From the NCBI GenBank assembly GCA_002269645.1, contig NIVC01000349.1, positions 124,001 through 188,000 of the forward strand: a DNA stretch of 64,000 nt. Reading direction: 5' to 3'. Position 1 is the stretch's first letter. Each line of letters starts with the position of its first letter. The stretch is from Macrostomum lignano (taxonomy: Eukaryota). The notes under the pieces are model-generated. The model ran no database searches. It saw nothing but the letters and a program-made list of their open reading frames with translations, and was not told the DNA's origin. Shown piece by piece: positions 61,404 through 64,000 of the stretch. Both the position numbers and the translations under genes were made by a program.

Positions 61404-63206
61404 ATGCAGCACCGCCAGCTACTCGCTGCCTGCCTCGCCGCAGCCACTGCAGCTCTGCTGCTCACCGGCGCCTCTGCTCAGTGTCCCGGACACGGCTGGA
61501 CACACCGAGCTCACTCATGCTACAAGTGGTTCAGCGAGCCAAACTACTGGTTTCAGGCCGAGCAGACGTGTCTGTCTCACCGGGCTCAGCTCGCGTCCAT
61601 CCAAAGTGAGCAAGAGAACCGACTGGTAGGCCGACTGTCTCACTGCAGAGACGCCTGGATCGGTTTGTTCGGCACCGACCTCGACCGTCTGGCCGACCCT
61701 ACAAGCTACAGGTGGACGGACGGCGGCGGCGTAGGGAGCTTCGAGAGACACAACTTCTCTCAGCTGGACAGCGTTCACAAGCCTCTGATCCGAAGTGACG
61801 GTGAGTGGTGGCTCAACTCACTGTATCACGAGCGGCACCCGTTTGTGTGCAAGTTGAGCGCCAACTCCAGCAGTCTCGTCGACTTGTGGTGGCGGTCGAA
61901 GGGCCGATGTCGCAGCGGCTGGTGGCTGCACGACAAGCAGTGCTACGTGATGCCGCAGTTTGAGGCCAACTTCAACGAGGCCAACTTCTACTGCCAGCGA
62001 AACTCGTCGCAGCTGGCGTCGGTGCTCACCCAGTCTGAGCTGGACTTTGTGAACAAGCTCAGCTTCGGAATCGACAGCTGCGAGTCGGCAGAGCTGCTCG
62101 ACTCGGTGTGGCTCGGCCTCATCAAGCTGAACCCCTGCTTCCCTGACAGTGCGGGTCGCGAGCTCTGCTACCAGTGGACGGATTTCTCAGGGAAACACGA
62201 CAACAAGCTGCCCGCATGGGAGACTGGACACCCGGACAGTGCGGACTGGACTGTGAACTGCGTCACGCTGTCAGCTGGTCGACTGCGCAGCGACAGGTGC
62301 CACAGCAGGCACAGGTTCGTGTGCAAGACGGAGGCGTCGGACGGTACCTCCACACCTGACGGAGGCGTCACCTCTGCACCTGACGGAGGCGTCACCTCCA
62401 CACATGACGGAGGCGTCACCTCCACACATGACGGAGGCGTCACCTCCACACATGACGGAGGCGTCACCTCCACACCTGACGGAGGCGTCACCTCTGCACC
62501 TGAAGGAGGCGTCACTCCACCTGTGGACGGCCTCGTGGCTGCGTTCGACTTCAGAAGAGGCCTCGACAACCTGGTGGACCCGCGCGCATTCGCCATCGAG
62601 GACCAGTTCGACGTGGAGAGGTCGGCAGAGGCCGGGGCCTGCTTTAAGATGAATGGTAGCATCTACCAGGAATATTTCGGTGTCGGAGGGTTTACATCCT
62701 ACGCAAAATCTGTTTTCTCAACTGGAGAATGGACTATGTACTTCAGGCTGCAGCAAGCCAATAAGAACCGAATGAACTTTTTCTCTGTTCTGTCGGACAG
62801 GCCGAGTCACTATCCATACCTTGTTCATGGCTTCTGGCACAATTCGACAGGCGCATTTGTCCTTGAAGTGAACACGATGGTGCCTGGAAATGCCACGCAC
62901 TCGTTTATCTATTTTAACCGCCACGTGTACGATGCTCACCAGTGCCGTGGATCTCCTTGCGACATCACACTGACAATGAAAGACCAAGTTTTGAGCTCTA
63001 GCATCAATGGCGAGTCCCCTGCAAGCAAGCGCTACTCTGAGAAGTTCGACTCGCCGTTTGAACTCGGACGTCAACAGCTGCAGATTGGGTACGGGTACAG
63101 CTACTTCGATAAGAACCCGGGCCTTTGCGTGAGATGCTTCGGACTGGCTGAGAAGCAACTGAGACAAGAAGATGTCGGGAAAGCGATGTCTGTCCATTGT
63201 TCCTGA
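61404..63206 (+). CDS. C-type lectin copy 3: secreted, 2 CTLDs + Thr/Pro-rich repeat linker + divergent C-terminal module (600 aa)
   Basis: Uninterrupted ORF from ATG 61404. The 5' ~950 nt is near-identical to copies 1 and 2. 24-bp coding repeats at 62341-62530. Confidence 0.9.
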   Translation: MQHRQLLAACLAAATAALLLTGASAQCPGHGWTHRAHSCYKWFSEPNYWFQAEQTCLSHRAQLASIQSEQENRLVGRLSHCRDAWIGLFGTDLDRLADPTSYRWTDGGGVGSFERHNFSQLDSVHKPLIRSDGEWWLNSLYHERHPFVCKLSANSSSLVDLWWRSKGRCRSGWWLHDKQCYVMPQFEANFNEANFYCQRNSSQLASVLTQSELDFVNKLSFGIDSCESAELLDSVWLGLIKLNPCFPDSAGRELCYQWTDFSGKHDNKLPAWETGHPDSADWTVNCVTLSAGRLRSDRCHSRHRFVCKTEASDGTSTPDGGVTSAPDGGVTSTHDGGVTSTHDGGVTSTHDGGVTSTPDGGVTSAPEGGVTPPVDGLVAAFDFRRGLDNLVDPRAFAIEDQFDVERSAEAGACFKMNGSIYQEYFGVGGFTSYAKSVFSTGEWTMYFRLQQANKNRMNFFSVLSDRPSHYPYLVHGFWHNSTGAFVLEVNTMVPGNATHSFIYFNRHVYDAHQCRGSPCDITLTMKDQVLSSSINGESPASKRYSEKFDSPFELGRQQLQIGYGYSYFDKNPGLCVRCFGLAEKQLRQEDVGKAMSVHCS

Positions 63207-63431
63207 GACCGTCAGTCCCCGATACTACGAGTCGGCTACGAGTTCAATTACAGCATAAGATTTTGGTAATGGGAGTGGATTTGTGACTATTGTCTGGCTA
63301 TCTAGCAGATTGTCGGAAATAAATATACTTATCTTCCCGACATCAATATATGATGTCAGAATGCTTCTTAAACTTACATAAATAAAATAACAGAGATCTG
63401 ACTATAAGAACTTCGGAAAAGTACATGTTGG

Positions 63432-64000
63432 AAGCTGTAGGGTCACTGATGGGGAGCTGTAGGGTCTTTGATGAGGAGCTGTAGGGTCACTGATGTGGAG
63501 CTGTAGTCACTGATGTGGAGCTGTAGGGTCACTGATGTGGAGCTGTAGGGTCACTGATGGGAGAGATGCAGGGTCACTGATGGGGGAGCTGTAGGGTCAC
63601 TGATGGGGGAGCTGTAGGGTCACTGATGAGGGAGCTGTAGGGTCACTGATCGGGAGCTGTAGTCACTGATGGGGAGCTGTAGGGTCTTTGATGAGGAGCT
63701 GTAGGGTCACTGATGTGGAGCTGTAGGGTCACTGATGTGGAGCTGTAGGGTCACTGATGTGGAGCTGTAGGGTCACTGATGTGGAGCTGTAGGGTCACTG
63801 ATGTGGAGCTGTAGGGTCACTGATGTGGAGCTGTAGGGTCACTGATGTGGAGCTGTAGGGTCACTGATGTGGAGCTGTAGGGTCACTGATGTGGAGCTGT
63901 AGGGTCACTGATGTGGAGCTGTAGGGTCACTGATGTGGAGCTGTAGGGTCACTGATGTGGAGCTGTAGGGTCACTGATGTGGAGCTGTAGGGTCACTGAT
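63432..64000. repeat. 22-bp minisatellite (gctgtagggtcactgatgtgga), runs off the window
   Basis: Direct tandem units. Confidence 0.95.

Noticed and set aside
63432-64000. Hammerhead ribozyme or retrozyme array (CTGATG core in each unit)
   Set aside because: No GAAA core or flanking stems, and the 22-bp unit is too short.

Overview
Eukaryotic (metazoan) genomic DNA with GT-AG introns and extreme intronic minisatellite content. The style suggests an invertebrate such as the flatworm Macrostomum, but that is an inference only. The window holds one apparently complete kinesin-3 gene of the KIF13/Khc-73 type on the minus strand (about 16 exons, 59787 to 28589, roughly 1800 aa: motor, FHA, KIF13 stalk, CAP-Gly). 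A tandem partial duplicate carries only its motor-less 3' half (22478 to 8357), with the junction inside a (GACA)n array. Three intronless secreted C-type lectin genes are present (minus 1040-2449, truncated and fused to a LINE; minus 23283-24905; plus 61404-63206). They share a near-identical two-CTLD 5' part but switch abruptly to a highly divergent C-terminal module, and two of them flank the kinesin as an inverted pair. Mobile elements include a decayed LINE RT, an I/R1/Loa-like LINE fragment, a Ginger1-like non-autonomous element (CCGG TSD), a THAP/P-element-like deletion derivative (27-bp TIR, 8-bp TSD) and an 850-bp insert flanked by a 349-bp duplication. Nearly all long ORFs in the supplied track are artefacts of tandem repeats. 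Exon boundaries were derived by hand from splice consensus and reading-frame continuity.
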